A stretch of 64,000 nucleotides of DNA from Candidatus Tepidifontimicrobium thermophilum (GCA_031459915.1 JAVKHO010000001.1:25492-89491); one strand, 5' to 3'. Positions 42,020 through 51,567 are shown, counted from the stretch's first letter. Program-made: numbers and translations. The notes: generated from the sequence alone by a model not told the origin.

Positions 42020-42474
42020 ACGACGAGGTGTGGATGAGGGTGGCCCTGGAAGAGGCCGAGCGGGGAGCCGGCTACGGCGAGGTCCCCGTGGGCTGCGTGG
42101 TGGTACTGGGCGACCGGCTGCTGGCCAGGGCCCACGACCGGCGCGAGTCCCTGCGCGACCCAACCGCCCACGCGGAGATCCTGGCCCTGCGTGAGGCCGC
42201 ACGCGCGGTGGGCAGCTGGCGCCTGGAAGGGTGCACGGTGTACGTGACCACAGAACCCTGTCCCATGTGCGCGGGCGCTCTGGTCCTGGCACGGGTCCAC
42301 AGGCTGGTGTACGGAGCCCCAAGCCCCAAAAGCGGCGCGGTCCGGACCCTCTACCGCATCGCGGACGACCCGCGGCTCAATCACCGCGTGGAGGTCACCG
42401 CGGGGGTGCTGGAGGCGGAAGCGCAGGCCCTCCTGCAGCGTTTCTTCCGGGGGCTGCGGGAGGCAGAAGCCTAA
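42016..42474 (+). CDS. tadA: tRNA-specific adenosine deaminase TadA
   Basis: 152 aa from the GTG at 42016 (GTGA overlap with the udgB stop, RBS GGAGGAGG). The deaminase motifs HAEILAL and TEPCPMCAGA are present. Confidence 0.85.
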   Translation: MNDEVWMRVALEEAERGAGYGEVPVGCVVVLGDRLLARAHDRRESLRDPTAHAEILALREAARAVGSWRLEGCTVYVTTEPCPMCAGALVLARVHRLVYGAPSPKSGAVRTLYRIADDPRLNHRVEVTAGVLEAEAQALLQRFFRGLREAEA

Positions 42475-42865
42475 TCCGCGGCCCCTTCCGCCTCCGCGCG
42501 CAGTGCCTCCGCCCCGCGCCGCACCTCCTCGAGGGCTTTCTCCACCCCTTCTTCCTCCGCCCTGGCCGTGGGCCTCACGCAGCTCCTGGGGACTCAAGGC
42601 AGGTTCCCGGCCACGAGGCGGTAGGCCCGGGGGCCCTCCTTGCGGGTCCAGGTCGAGAACGCACGCCGGGCCTGCCGGTACGCCACCCAGCGGGCCAGCC
42701 GCTCCCCTTCCTCCCGCGGCCTTGCGCGGACGCCGCGCGGCCGAGATGCCCGTAGGGGCATGGCCCGTCGCCAGTTCTCCCGCAGGAGTCCCTGAGTGTC
42801 CTGTCCAGCTCTGGCGCCAGTGTACCCGCCGCCGGGATCCCCCCACGGTACAATGACAGTGGGCC

Positions 42866-42954
42866 GGAGGGGTGCACCGAACTGGCTAAGGGGCCGGTCT
42901 CGAAAACCGGTGGCCCTCGGGGCCTTGTGGGTTCGAGTCCCACCCCCTCCGCCA
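42866..42954 (+). tRNA. tRNA-Ser (anticodon CGA), class II with a long variable arm, CCA encoded
   Basis: Hand-folded: acceptor GGAGGGG/CCCCTCC, anticodon stem CCGGU/ACCGG with loop CU-CGA-AA, variable arm UGGCCCUCGGGGCCUU, T-arm GUGGG-UUCGAGU-CCCAC. Confidence 0.8.
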
Positions 42955-43449
42955 TCGCAAGCACGTCCTCCACGAGCCAAGTCAGCTCCTCCCCCGTGTG
43001 AAGAAGCAGCCCGGCACGGCAGCGCCGGCCGTACTCCTTTCGGAACGCGCGCAGGGCTTCCACGTGCGACGGTCGCAGCCTCGGGGTGGCCTTCACCTCG
43101 ACGGGCAGCAGCCCCTGAGGGGTCTCTACGACGAAGTCCACCTCCTCCCCGTAGCGGTCCGCCAGTGCAGGACCTCGCCACGTTCCTGCCGCCCGTCTCG
43201 CCACACCAGCAGGTCCAGGAGCACCAGGTTCTCCAGGAAGGCCCCCGAAGGCTCGGGACTCCCGCTGAGGTGCAGCGCCAGCCCCACGTCGCCCCAGTAC
43301 AGCTTCGGCCGTTTCATCAGACGACGGGTCCGGCTCACCGCGTAGGCGGGAACACGGATAAGGACAAAGGAGACGCCCAGGAGGTTCAGGTACCGGTGGC
43401 CGGTGGCCCGAATGACAATCTTCCACGCGGTGAAAAGATGCAACCCCAC
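42955..43449 (-). pseudogene. truncated and frameshifted C-terminal remnant of a DUF4143-type AAA+ ATPase gene
   Basis: Two adjacent minus-strand frames carry ...KRPKLYWGDVGLALHLSG...GAFLENLVLLDLLVWRDG and ...YGEEVDFVVETPQGLLPVEVKATPRLRPSHVEALRAF... These match the conserved C-terminal ~160 aa of this family. The N-terminal ATPase region is absent and the frame switches near 43190. Confidence 0.5.
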
Positions 43450-43499
43450 CGCCTGAGCCGGACGGTCGGTTCACCCCCCACGGCCAGCCTCAAGCAGGT

Positions 43500-44207
43500 T
43501 CAGGCCCCCGCGAACCGGCGCCAGTTCTCCTCCTGCATTTCGGGTTCTGCAGGTACGTGGTCGGGGCAGTCCACCCGCAGAAGGCCGTCCCCGAAGGGGG
43601 CGTCCACGAAGTCGCAATGGTGGGGAGCCGCGGGGTCCGGGTGGGCGTACGGCCGGAAGTAGCGGCACGTCACGCACATGCGCGAGACGGGGATGCGGCC
43701 GGCGCGCTGCAGCTCCCGGATGGTCTTCAACAGCACCCGGAGCAGGGTCGCCTGCTCCGCCTCGGGGAGGGACCGTACCGCCCGCAGGAGGAAGTCGGAC
43801 CAGCCGGCCACCCGGTCGGCCTCCCGCCGGCCCGCGGCGGTGAGCACCACCTGTCGGGCTCGACCGTCCTCCGCGGCCCGGACCTTCCGGACCAGCCCCT
43901 TGCGGACCAGGGAGTCCGTGGACTCGCTGGCGGTGGCAGGGGTTACCGCCAGGGCTTCTGCTACTTCGGAGACCCGGGCGCCCTGCCTCCCGCGGAACCG
44001 CAGGTAGCTCAGGATCTGCGCCTGCGTGGGCGTGAGGCCCCGCGCCAGGGCTCCCTCCCACGCCTCGCTGCGCAACGCCGTGCCGATCCGCACCAGGGCC
44101 TGGGCCACACGCTCCGCGGTCCGCTCTCGGTCTCCGAACGGCCCGCCGCTTCTCCCTGCGTTCGCCACCGTCCCCTCCCTTGACGCCTCCTGCCCTCCAT
44201 GGTACAT
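43500..44207 (-). CDS. MarR family transcriptional regulator with a Cys/His-rich C-terminal extension
   Basis: The winged-helix MarR core is LTPTQAQILSYL...VSEVAEALAVTPATASESTDSLVRKGLVRK. About 60 extra C-terminal residues contain CVTCRYF...HHCDFV...CPDH. Confidence 0.8.
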   Translation of the reverse strand: MYHGGQEASREGTVANAGRSGGPFGDRERTAERVAQALVRIGTALRSEAWEGALARGLTPTQAQILSYLRFRGRQGARVSEVAEALAVTPATASESTDSLVRKGLVRKVRAAEDGRARQVVLTAAGRREADRVAGWSDFLLRAVRSLPEAEQATLLRVLLKTIRELQRAGRIPVSRMCVTCRYFRPYAHPDPAAPHHCDFVDAPFGDGLLRVDCPDHVPAEPEMQEENWRRFAGA

Positions 44208-44208
44208 A
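44180..44208 (+). promoter_or_regulatory. sigma70-like promoter TTGACG-N17-TACATA for the downstream cupredoxin-like gene. It overlaps the divergent MarR start codon.
   Basis: Seen directly: -35 at 44180-44185, -10 at 44203-44208, then the RBS TAGGAGGTG and ATG 44241. Confidence 0.45.
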
Positions 44209-44240
44209 GTTCGCAGTCCAAATCAAATAGGAGGTGGGCT

Positions 44241-44651
44241 ATGACGGTCCGTCCTGTCGCCCTGCTCGCGGCTGCTGCCGTCCTCGCCCTGGCCGTGGCC
44301 ACCGTCCCCGCGCCTGCCCCGGCGGAGTCCGCCCCCGTGCGCCGCTACCACGTGACGATGAAATTCTGGAAGGCCACGGTGGCGGGCGTCCCTACCATCG
44401 CGGTCACGAACCTCCCCGCGGACGCGTTTGCCTACGAGGGGGAGACAGTGGAGTTCGTGGTCCGCAACGAGAGCCCCATTCCGGAAGGGTTCGCCATCGA
44501 CGCCTTCGGGGTCAAGGAGGTCCTCCAGCCTAAGGAGACCAAGACGATCCGGATCCGCGGCGTGCGCCGGGGCGCCCACACCATCTACTGCCACCTGCAC
44601 CCGATGAGCGTGCACTACACCGGGACCCTGCTGGTGGCTCCCCGGCGCTGA
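44241..44651 (+). CDS. secreted cupredoxin-like protein
   Basis: 136 aa with a signal peptide. The C-terminal segment YCHLHPMSVHYTGTLLV matches the cupredoxin Cys-His-Met ligand pattern. The strong RBS and promoter support expression. The function is unknown. Confidence 0.55.
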   Translation: MTVRPVALLAAAAVLALAVATVPAPAPAESAPVRRYHVTMKFWKATVAGVPTIAVTNLPADAFAYEGETVEFVVRNESPIPEGFAIDAFGVKEVLQPKETKTIRIRGVRRGAHTIYCHLHPMSVHYTGTLLVAPRR

Positions 44652-44655
44652 CCGG

Positions 44656-45099
44656 TCAGATCTTCAGGTCGATGATGGCCGAGACCCCGACCCCCACCAC
44701 CCGCCGCAGTCCCTTCCACGGCTCCAGGCTGTCCACGGGGATGAGGGCGCGGATCTGGAACACCCCCTGGTAGTTGGCGTCCAGGGCCGCCACCGCCTCC
44801 ACCCGCTGCACGGCGGCCCTGGGCCCCGCCACCTGGGCGGCCCCGATGGCCGCCCGGCCCGGTGCACTCAGGCCGATGGACACGCTGAGGATGGGCACCA
44901 CCTTGGTGGTCTGCCGGGTCGCGGCGTCGCGGGACAGCAGCAGGGAGTTGATGAAGTCGTTGATCTGCGGCCCGAAGGTGCGCACCGCGTAGCCGATCCC
45001 GAACACCTTCACCAGCTGCAGGATGTCCTGCGCGTGGGCGACCCCGGCCAGCGCCACCAGCGCCGCCAGGGTCAGAGCTACCACCCGAATCCGCCGCAT
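44656..45099 (-). CDS. hypothetical secreted protein
   Basis: 147 aa with a signal peptide (ALVALAGVAHA-QD). No family recognised. It is third in a three-gene minus-strand cluster. Confidence 0.5.
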   Translation of the reverse strand: MRRIRVVALTLAALVALAGVAHAQDILQLVKVFGIGYAVRTFGPQINDFINSLLLSRDAATRQTTKVVPILSVSIGLSAPGRAAIGAAQVAGPRAAVQRVEAVAALDANYQGVFQIRALIPVDSLEPWKGLRRVVGVGVSAIIDLKI

Positions 45100-45135
45100 G
45101 GGCTCCCTCCCGTGGAGTGTCGGGGTGCGTCTTGC

Positions 45136-45693
45136 CTAGAGGTACGCTGCGCGGCGCCGCAGGGTTCTGCCTTCCGCCCGGGTGCCGGACGGACGGGGCT
45201 TGAACACCCCGACGATGGCAACCTCGGCACCCCGGGAGCCCCGGCGCAGCCCCACCAGAAGACCCTTGCTCGTCCACTCCAGGTAGCCGCCGCCCAGCCA
45301 CTCCGGGTTCGTTCCGTACGCGCCCAGGAACTCCAACAGCGTGCTGCCCACGCCCACGCTGCCCTTGAGCCGGAACCGAGGGTCGTCGGTGACCACCGCG
45401 ATGACCAGGCCGGGCGTCTTGGTGGGCTCCCGCTCGTCCTCGTAGAAGTAGTAGTCGTACGCGCAGATCCCCACCCCGTCGTCCACGTTGCACACCTCGC
45501 GGCCGGCGTCCCGGGCCTGGTCCCGGGTCTGCCCGAACCCCGCCGCCACCTGCGCCGCTTCGTCCATGGCCATCCCGATGCGGGCCGCGCCGATGGCCTC
45601 CCCGGGCACGATCTCCCCGAGGCCCGTCTGCGCCGCAAGGGGTCCTGCTAGGGCCACTGCCGCTGCCACCGCCACCCAGCTCACCCGAGCCAT
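45136..45693 (-). CDS. hypothetical secreted protein with a Cys pair
   Basis: 185 aa with a signal peptide and a CNVDDGVGICAYDYYFYEDE segment. No family recognised. Confidence 0.5.
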   Translation of the reverse strand: MARVSWVAVAAAVALAGPLAAQTGLGEIVPGEAIGAARIGMAMDEAAQVAAGFGQTRDQARDAGREVCNVDDGVGICAYDYYFYEDEREPTKTPGLVIAVVTDDPRFRLKGSVGVGSTLLEFLGAYGTNPEWLGGGYLEWTSKGLLVGLRRGSRGAEVAIVGVFKPRPSGTRAEGRTLRRRAAYL

Positions 45694-45717
45694 ACCACCC
45701 TCCTCCTCCGTACTTGC

Positions 45718-46425
45718 CTATAGCGTCCCGCGCCGGCGACCGGCCCGCAAGCGATCGGCTCTGCCTGCCCGCCCGGAGGCGACCCTCCACGCTGCCCACG
45801 CGACCCCGGCCCAGCCCGCCAGGTACAGGAGCCAGGGGAAGGTCTGGGGCCGGGCGGCCACCGCCGCCTGCCATCCGTCGCCCAGCCGGCTCAGGGCCGG
45901 AGCCATCACCGCCCCCAGGGCCGCAGCAGATCCCACGCAGGCCAGGACCACGCTCAGCGGATCCACCCGCACGGCAGCTCCGGACTCGCCACGGACCGCC
46001 ACGGTCGCACCGAACACCGCGAGCAAAATCGCTGCCAGCACCGGGGCCCACACGGGCGCCCACCACGGCAGGGGGATCAGGAACAGGAGGTCCCAGTCCT
46101 GAAAGGACCGCGGGAAGCCCACCAGAAGGCTCAGCCACACGTAGTACGCCAGGTCCCACAGGCCCCACGCGTACAGGAACGCTCCCCACCGGGCAGGCCG
46201 GCTCCGCCCCGCCGCCTGCCCCACGGCGAACAGCATCGCCAGGGTCGCCGCCTCCCGGCCCAGCTCCACCCACCCCAGGGGATCCGGCTTCGTGGGCACG
46301 TCCCGCAGGAGATCCGTGATTCCGTACAGCCGGCGCAGGTACGCCACCACCGCGGCCTCCGCGTACCCCATGGCCACCGCGTAGCCGGTCACCGCCCAGG
46401 CGCGCCGTAGGAGGTCCCCCGACAC
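45718..46425 (-). CDS. hypothetical integral membrane protein
   Basis: 235 aa with about 6-7 hydrophobic helices. It is Trp-rich (WGLWDLAYYVWLSLLVGFP, LPWWAPVWAPV). No family recognised. Confidence 0.5.
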   Translation of the reverse strand: MSGDLLRRAWAVTGYAVAMGYAEAAVVAYLRRLYGITDLLRDVPTKPDPLGWVELGREAATLAMLFAVGQAAGRSRPARWGAFLYAWGLWDLAYYVWLSLLVGFPRSFQDWDLLFLIPLPWWAPVWAPVLAAILLAVFGATVAVRGESGAAVRVDPLSVVLACVGSAAALGAVMAPALSRLGDGWQAAVAARPQTFPWLLYLAGWAGVAWAAWRVASGRAGRADRLRAGRRRGTL

Positions 46426-46469
46426 GTTTTCGCCCTCCGCGCTACCCTGGGGGAGGGAGGTCGCAGGCC

Positions 46470-46862
46470 ATGACGGAGTTCACGGTCCGCACCCGCCGGA
46501 AGCGCGAACTGGTGGACATCACCGACCGGGTGGAGCAGGCGGTGCGCGCCTCCGGGGCCCAGGAAGGCATCTGTTGCGTGTACGTACCCCACGCGACCGC
46601 GGGTGTCGTGGTGAACGAGAACGCCGACCCGCAGGTGTGCGAGGACCTGCTGGACGCGCTGGCCAAGCTGTTCCCGGACGGCGTGTGGCGGCACGACCGG
46701 GTCGACAACAACGCCAGCGCGCACCTGAAAGCAGCCCTCACCGGCCCGGGCCAGGTGATCCCGGTCCACCAGGGGCGGCTGGCCCTGGGCCGGTGGCAGG
46801 CGGTGATGCTGGCGGAGTTCGACGGGCCCCGCGAGCGACGCGTCATCGTGGTGGTCCGCTAG
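46470..46862 (+). CDS. yjbQ: YjbQ/UPF0047 family protein (secondary thiamine-phosphate synthase-like)
   Basis: 130 aa with the characteristic ITD..E.AV..SG..EG.C.VYVPHATAG...NEN.DP....D pattern. Confidence 0.85.
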   Translation: MTEFTVRTRRKRELVDITDRVEQAVRASGAQEGICCVYVPHATAGVVVNENADPQVCEDLLDALAKLFPDGVWRHDRVDNNASAHLKAALTGPGQVIPVHQGRLALGRWQAVMLAEFDGPRERRVIVVVR

Positions 46863-47028
46863 TTCTTTCCTCGAGGATCGTCGCCGGCTGGCCGCGTTGT
46901 GCCGCGAGCTGCCCCGGGATTGCCGTTCCGCGGCGAAGTGCCCCCCGGAAGCTTGCCCGGGGTGTAGCCAACGTCCCGACGTCTATGGTCACCACCCGTT
47001 TCGCAGTTCTCCTGCCAGGGAGCGGTTC

Positions 47029-48798
47029 CTATCCTTCCCCCTCTCCCACCCGGACGGCCCGGCGGCGGGCACGCTGGTACAGCTCCCAGATCTCGTCCAC
47101 CGTAGTGGCGTCCTCGGGCCGCTTGTCGTCCCGGTACCGTCCGGTGAAACGGGGGAAGCGCAACGCCAGCCCCGCGCCTTCCTTCACCCGGCTCCATGCC
47201 ACGGTGTGGGTGGGCGACAGGGTGATCTCCGCTCCCACCACCTCGAGCACCAGGGCCGGGTGGAACCACACGTCTGGCTCCAGCTTGGAGTCCACCCGCG
47301 GCGGCCTGCGGTCGACCTGGTAAGGGCGGAGCCGCTGGGGCAGCTGCGCCAGATCCTCGTCGGAAAACCCGCTACCCACCTTGCAGAAAGTCCGGAAGGT
47401 GTCCTCGGACGGGTCGTAGGCCGCCACCAGCAGGGCCCCGTACGTCCCGCTGCGGCGGCCGCGTCCGTAGAAGGCCCCCACCACCACCAGGTCCAGGGTG
47501 TCCTGAAGCTCGGTGCGGTACTCCCTCTTGTGCTTGATCCACAGCCAGCCGCGGGCGCCGGCCTGGTAGACGGCGTCCTCGGCCACCGACTTGCACAGAA
47601 CCCCCTCACAGCCGTCCGCCACGGCCTGCTCGAAGAACGCGTCCAGCTCCTCCACACTGCGCACCAGCTTCCAGGTGGCCAGCTGCAGCCGGTCCCCGGG
47701 CTTGATAGCCCGCTCCAGGGCCCGTCGCCGCTCCAGGTACGGCCGACGGGTCAGGTCGCCCCCCTCTCCGTACAGCAGGTCGAAACAGAACAGGCCCACC
47801 GGGATGCGCCTTGCCGCCTCCTCGATCCCGTACTTGCGGCGCCGCTGCATGAGTTCCTGGAACGGCCGCAGCTCTCCGGACTCGGGGTCCACGGCCACGA
47901 TCTCCGCCTCCAGGATGGCCCGCTTGGGTCGCAGCCCGTGCTGCAGCAACTCCACCGCGTCCGGGAACTGCTCCGTGATGTTCTCCAGGCGCCGCGAGAA
48001 CAGCACCACCTTCCCGTCCAGGCGGTGGGCCTGCACCCGCTCGCCGTCGTACTTGTACTCCGCGGCGCACACCCCGCCCAGCTTTGCCAGGATCTCCTCG
48101 CCGGTGGCCAGCCGCTGCGCCAGCATGGGCCGCACCGGGTGGCCGGGACGGACCTCCATGGCCTCCACCGCCGCCACCCCGCCGCGCACCAGGGTATCGG
48201 CCACCAGCCCCAGGTCCGAGCAGATGTTGTACGCTCGCTCCAAAGGCGCCCGGTTGGCCCGGCCTCCCGCGTACACCTCCGCCAGGGCGTCCAGGATGGA
48301 GGCATCCCCGACGCCCAACCGCAGCTTGCCCGTGACCGTGCGGACCAGGTAGCGGGCCTCCAGCGGCGTGGCGCGGCGCAGGAGGTCGGCCAGGGAGGAG
48401 ATCTTCTGGGTCTGGGCCCCCTTGCCGGATGCCTGGGCGATGGCCTCGAGATGGTCGAACACCTCCTGCACGGTCAGGTGGGACCGGCGGGCCCCTCTTT
48501 CGGCCAGCAGCTCCTCCGCCACCGTGCCCAGGTCGCCTCGGCGCCGCAGCAGCGACTGCACCCGGTCCTCCGCCACACCCGCGGCCTCCGCCACCGACCG
48601 GGCGGCCAGCTTCTCCGCCAGGCCGATCTCCACTCCCGCGAAGTCCGGCGCGATCTTGCCCTGACACAGGTACACCACCTTGCGCAGCAGGGGCTTGGGC
48701 GTTTCCCCGAACAGCTCCGCCAGGACCTCGATGAGCTTCAGCCGGGCAGAGGTCTCCTCGAGCCTCTGGTACGCCTGCGCCAGGCGCGTGTACTGCAT
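47029..48798 (-). CDS. ATP-dependent DNA ligase (LigB-type, archaeal/eukaryotic-like)
   Basis: 589 aa from ATG 48796-48798. The adenylation motif I is EYKYDGERVQAH. DNA-binding, adenylation and OB domains are present. The N-terminal 80 codons of the ORF call were rejected. Confidence 0.85.
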   Translation of the reverse strand: MQYTRLAQAYQRLEETSARLKLIEVLAELFGETPKPLLRKVVYLCQGKIAPDFAGVEIGLAEKLAARSVAEAAGVAEDRVQSLLRRRGDLGTVAEELLAERGARRSHLTVQEVFDHLEAIAQASGKGAQTQKISSLADLLRRATPLEARYLVRTVTGKLRLGVGDASILDALAEVYAGGRANRAPLERAYNICSDLGLVADTLVRGGVAAVEAMEVRPGHPVRPMLAQRLATGEEILAKLGGVCAAEYKYDGERVQAHRLDGKVVLFSRRLENITEQFPDAVELLQHGLRPKRAILEAEIVAVDPESGELRPFQELMQRRRKYGIEEAARRIPVGLFCFDLLYGEGGDLTRRPYLERRRALERAIKPGDRLQLATWKLVRSVEELDAFFEQAVADGCEGVLCKSVAEDAVYQAGARGWLWIKHKREYRTELQDTLDLVVVGAFYGRGRRSGTYGALLVAAYDPSEDTFRTFCKVGSGFSDEDLAQLPQRLRPYQVDRRPPRVDSKLEPDVWFHPALVLEVVGAEITLSPTHTVAWSRVKEGAGLALRFPRFTGRYRDDKRPEDATTVDEIWELYQRARRRAVRVGEGEG

Positions 48799-48809
48799 CG
48801 GACCGGCTC

Positions 48810-49010
48810 CTACTCCCTGGATCGCAAGAGCTCCGCCACCGGACGCCCCAGCAGCAGCCGTCCCAGCTTGCGGTGGCCGATCTTCAGGTAGTGGCGGCGC
48901 CACACCTCCACCACCTCCTCCTTGGTCCGAGCCGCGTCGAGCTCCTGCTTGACCTGCTCGAGGTACCGACGCTCCTCGTCGGGGTCTGCGAACACCGGTT
49001 CCCTTGCCAT
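48810..49010 (-). CDS. small hypothetical protein upstream of, and co-oriented with, the DNA ligase
   Basis: 66 aa from ATG 49008-49010 with a strong GAGGAGG RBS. It stops 11 nt before the ligase start. No family recognised. Confidence 0.4.
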   Translation of the reverse strand: MAREPVFADPDEERRYLEQVKQELDAARTKEEVVEVWRRHYLKIGHRKLGRLLLGRPVAELLRSRE

Positions 49011-49100
49011 GGGTGACCTCCTCAGACCGGACTCCCACCCGGGCTTCGACGGTTCTGCGGAGCGCTCCTCGGTCGTCCGGAGGCCCGCCACCGCCGTATC

Positions 49101-50294
49101 ATGCTAAGTATGACGCACGCGGCGCGGCAGCGGCCTTCATTCGCGGACCCGCAGACCTACCGACGCCTGGTGGTCAAGGTGGGCAGCGCGGTGCTGGCCG
49201 GCCCGCACGGCCTGGACCAGCCCGTGCTGGACCGGCTGGCGGACGAGCTGGCGGGGCTGAGGGCCGAGGGACGGGAGGTGGTGGTGGTCTCCTCCGGAGC
49301 GGTGGCCGCCGGAGTCGCCCACCTGGGGCTTGTGGAACGGCCCGCCACCATCCCCGCCAAGCAGGCGGCCGCCGCGGTGGGCCAGCCGCTGCTGGTGCGC
49401 GCGTGGGAGCAGGCGTTCGGGCGCCACGGGGTGTCGGTGGCCCAGGTGCTCCTCACCGCCCCGGACCTGGCGGACCGCTCCCGCTTCCTCCACGCCCGCC
49501 ACACCCTGCAGACGCTGCTCAGGTGGGGCGTGGTGCCCGTGGTGAACGAGAACGACACCGTGGTGGTGGAGGAGGTCCAGTTCGGGGACAACGACCGGCT
49601 GTCCGTCCTCATCGCCACCCTGGTGGGCGCGGACCTTTTGGTGCTGCTGTCGGACGTGGAGGCGTTGTTCGACCGGGATCCCCGTACCCACCCCCAGGCC
49701 CGCCCCATTCCGTGGGTGGAGCGGGTCGACCGGACCCTGCTGGAGTCCGCCGGAGAGGCTCCCAACGAGGTCGGCAGCGGCGGGATGCGCAGCAAGCTGC
49801 TGGCCGCGGAAAAGGCCCTGGCCGCGGGGATGCCGCTGCTGCTGCTGCCAGGCCGTCGGGCGGGGGCCCTGCGCGCCGCGCTGTCTGGCGAACCCGTCGG
49901 CACGCTGTTCTGGGGTGGCAGCCGGCGGTACGCGGGCCGCAAGCTGTGGCTGTACCAGCTCCCCAAGCCCGCGGGAGAGCTGCTCTTGGATCACGGCGCC
50001 GCACGGGCGCTGCGGAAGGGCGGAGCTTCCCTGTTGCCGGCAGGCGTCCGCGGGGTCCGGGGACAGTTCGGGGTAGGCGACCCGGTCCGGTGCCTGGACC
50101 CCGACGGCCGCCTGGTGGGCGTGGGGCTGGTGAACTACAGTGCGGCGGAGATCGACCTCATCAAGGGCCTGCACACCCGCGACATCGAATCGCGTCTGGG
50201 GTACAAGCACTCCGACGAGGTCATCCACCGGGACCACTTCGCCCTGGCCAGTGAGCTGGAGGCGGAAGAGCACGCGGTACGGGGGTCGGTATGA
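49101..50294 (+). CDS. proB: glutamate 5-kinase with a C-terminal PUA domain
   Basis: 397 aa with the canonical ProB N-terminal kinase motifs and a PUA domain. Confidence 0.95.
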   Translation: MLSMTHAARQRPSFADPQTYRRLVVKVGSAVLAGPHGLDQPVLDRLADELAGLRAEGREVVVVSSGAVAAGVAHLGLVERPATIPAKQAAAAVGQPLLVRAWEQAFGRHGVSVAQVLLTAPDLADRSRFLHARHTLQTLLRWGVVPVVNENDTVVVEEVQFGDNDRLSVLIATLVGADLLVLLSDVEALFDRDPRTHPQARPIPWVERVDRTLLESAGEAPNEVGSGGMRSKLLAAEKALAAGMPLLLLPGRRAGALRAALSGEPVGTLFWGGSRRYAGRKLWLYQLPKPAGELLLDHGAARALRKGGASLLPAGVRGVRGQFGVGDPVRCLDPDGRLVGVGLVNYSAAEIDLIKGLHTRDIESRLGYKHSDEVIHRDHFALASELEAEEHAVRGSV

Positions 50295-51550
50295 TCGACG
50301 TCACGAGCCAGATCCGTGAGATGGCCGTCCGCGCCCGGCAGGCAGCCCGGGCCATGGCGTCGGCACCTCCCGCGGCCAAACGGGACGCGTTGCTGGGGCT
50401 GGCACAGTTGCTGGTGGACTCCTGGCCGGAGGTGGCCGAGGCCAATCGTGCGGACCTGGAGGAGGCAGCCGCCGCGGGGCTGTCCCGGGCGAAGCTGGAC
50501 CGGCTGCGGCTGGACCAGAGGGTCCGGGACGACCTGGTGGAGGGCCTGCGGCAGGTGGCCCACATGCCAGACCCGGTGGGCGAGATCGAGTCCCTGTCCG
50601 TCCGGCCCAACGGACTGCGCGTGGGCCGGATGCGGGTGCCCCTGGGCGTCATCGGGATGGTGTACGAGGCACGGCCCGGCGCCACCGTGGAGGCCAGCAG
50701 CCTCGCGGTGAAGGCCGGCAACGCCATCCTCCTCCGGGGCGGCAAGGAGGCCCTGCGCAGCAACCGGGCCCTGGTGGCGCTGTTCCGTCGGTCGCTGAAG
50801 GAAGCCGGCCTTCCGGAGGACGCGGTGCAACTGGTCCCCCACACGGACCGCCAGGCGGTGGTGGAGATGTGCCGCCTCGCGGGCTACCTGGACGTCCTCA
50901 TCCCGCGGGGCGGGGAGGAGCTCATCCGCTTCGTCCAGGAGCACGCGCGGATGCCCGTCCTGGCGCACGCGAGGGGCGTCAACCACCTGTACGTGGACGA
51001 AAGCGCGGACCTCCAGATGGCGGTCCGCGTCGCGGTGAACGCGAAGGCCCAGCGGCCGGCCACCTGCAACGCACTGGAGAAGGTGCTCGTCCACCAATCC
51101 GTCGCGCCCGACTTCCTCCCCCTGCTGGCGCGGGCCATGGCAGAGGCGGGTGTGGAACTTCGCGGGTGCGCCCGCACCCTGGAGCACCTGCCCCAGATCC
51201 GACCGGCCACGGAAGCGGACTGGGAAGCCGAGTACCTGGACCTGATCCTGGCGGTGAAGGTGGTGGACTCCATGGACGAAGCGCTGGCCCACATCGCCCG
51301 CTACGGCTCCAACCACACGGAGGCCATCGTCACCCGCGACCACGCCCGGGCGCTGCGTTTCCTGCGGGAGGTGGACGCCTCGCTCGTCCTCGTGAACGCC
51401 AGCACGCGGTTCAACGACGGCTTCCAGCTCGGACTGGGTGCGGAGATCGGCATCAGCACCAGCAAGCTGCACGCGTACGGGCCGATGGGCGTCCGCGAGC
51501 TCACCACCACGAAGTTCGTGGCCCTGGGAGACGGGCACGTGCGTACCTGA
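50291..51550 (+). CDS. proA: gamma-glutamyl phosphate reductase
   Basis: 419 aa, ATGA overlap with proB, aldehyde dehydrogenase-fold ProA family. Confidence 0.95.
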   Translation: MIDVTSQIREMAVRARQAARAMASAPPAAKRDALLGLAQLLVDSWPEVAEANRADLEEAAAAGLSRAKLDRLRLDQRVRDDLVEGLRQVAHMPDPVGEIESLSVRPNGLRVGRMRVPLGVIGMVYEARPGATVEASSLAVKAGNAILLRGGKEALRSNRALVALFRRSLKEAGLPEDAVQLVPHTDRQAVVEMCRLAGYLDVLIPRGGEELIRFVQEHARMPVLAHARGVNHLYVDESADLQMAVRVAVNAKAQRPATCNALEKVLVHQSVAPDFLPLLARAMAEAGVELRGCARTLEHLPQIRPATEADWEAEYLDLILAVKVVDSMDEALAHIARYGSNHTEAIVTRDHARALRFLREVDASLVLVNASTRFNDGFQLGLGAEIGISTSKLHAYGPMGVRELTTTKFVALGDGHVRT

Positions 51551-51567
51551 CGCACGGTCCCCGGCGG

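Noticed and set aside
42575-43474. 299-aa and 195-aa minus-strand ORF calls
   Set aside because: They translate straight through tRNA-Ser(CGA). Part of the region is a DUF4143 pseudogene remnant, not an intact CDS.
44201-44212. GGTACAT-type operator-like dyad (CCATGGTACATAG) at the MarR/cupredoxin promoter
   Set aside because: It is only an imperfect palindrome around a GTAC core. It is mentioned within the MarR finding but not called as a feature.
46859-47269. 136-aa minus-strand ORF between yjbQ and the ligase
   Set aside because: It overlaps the ligase 3' end, has Gly/Arg-rich composition, and has no RBS.
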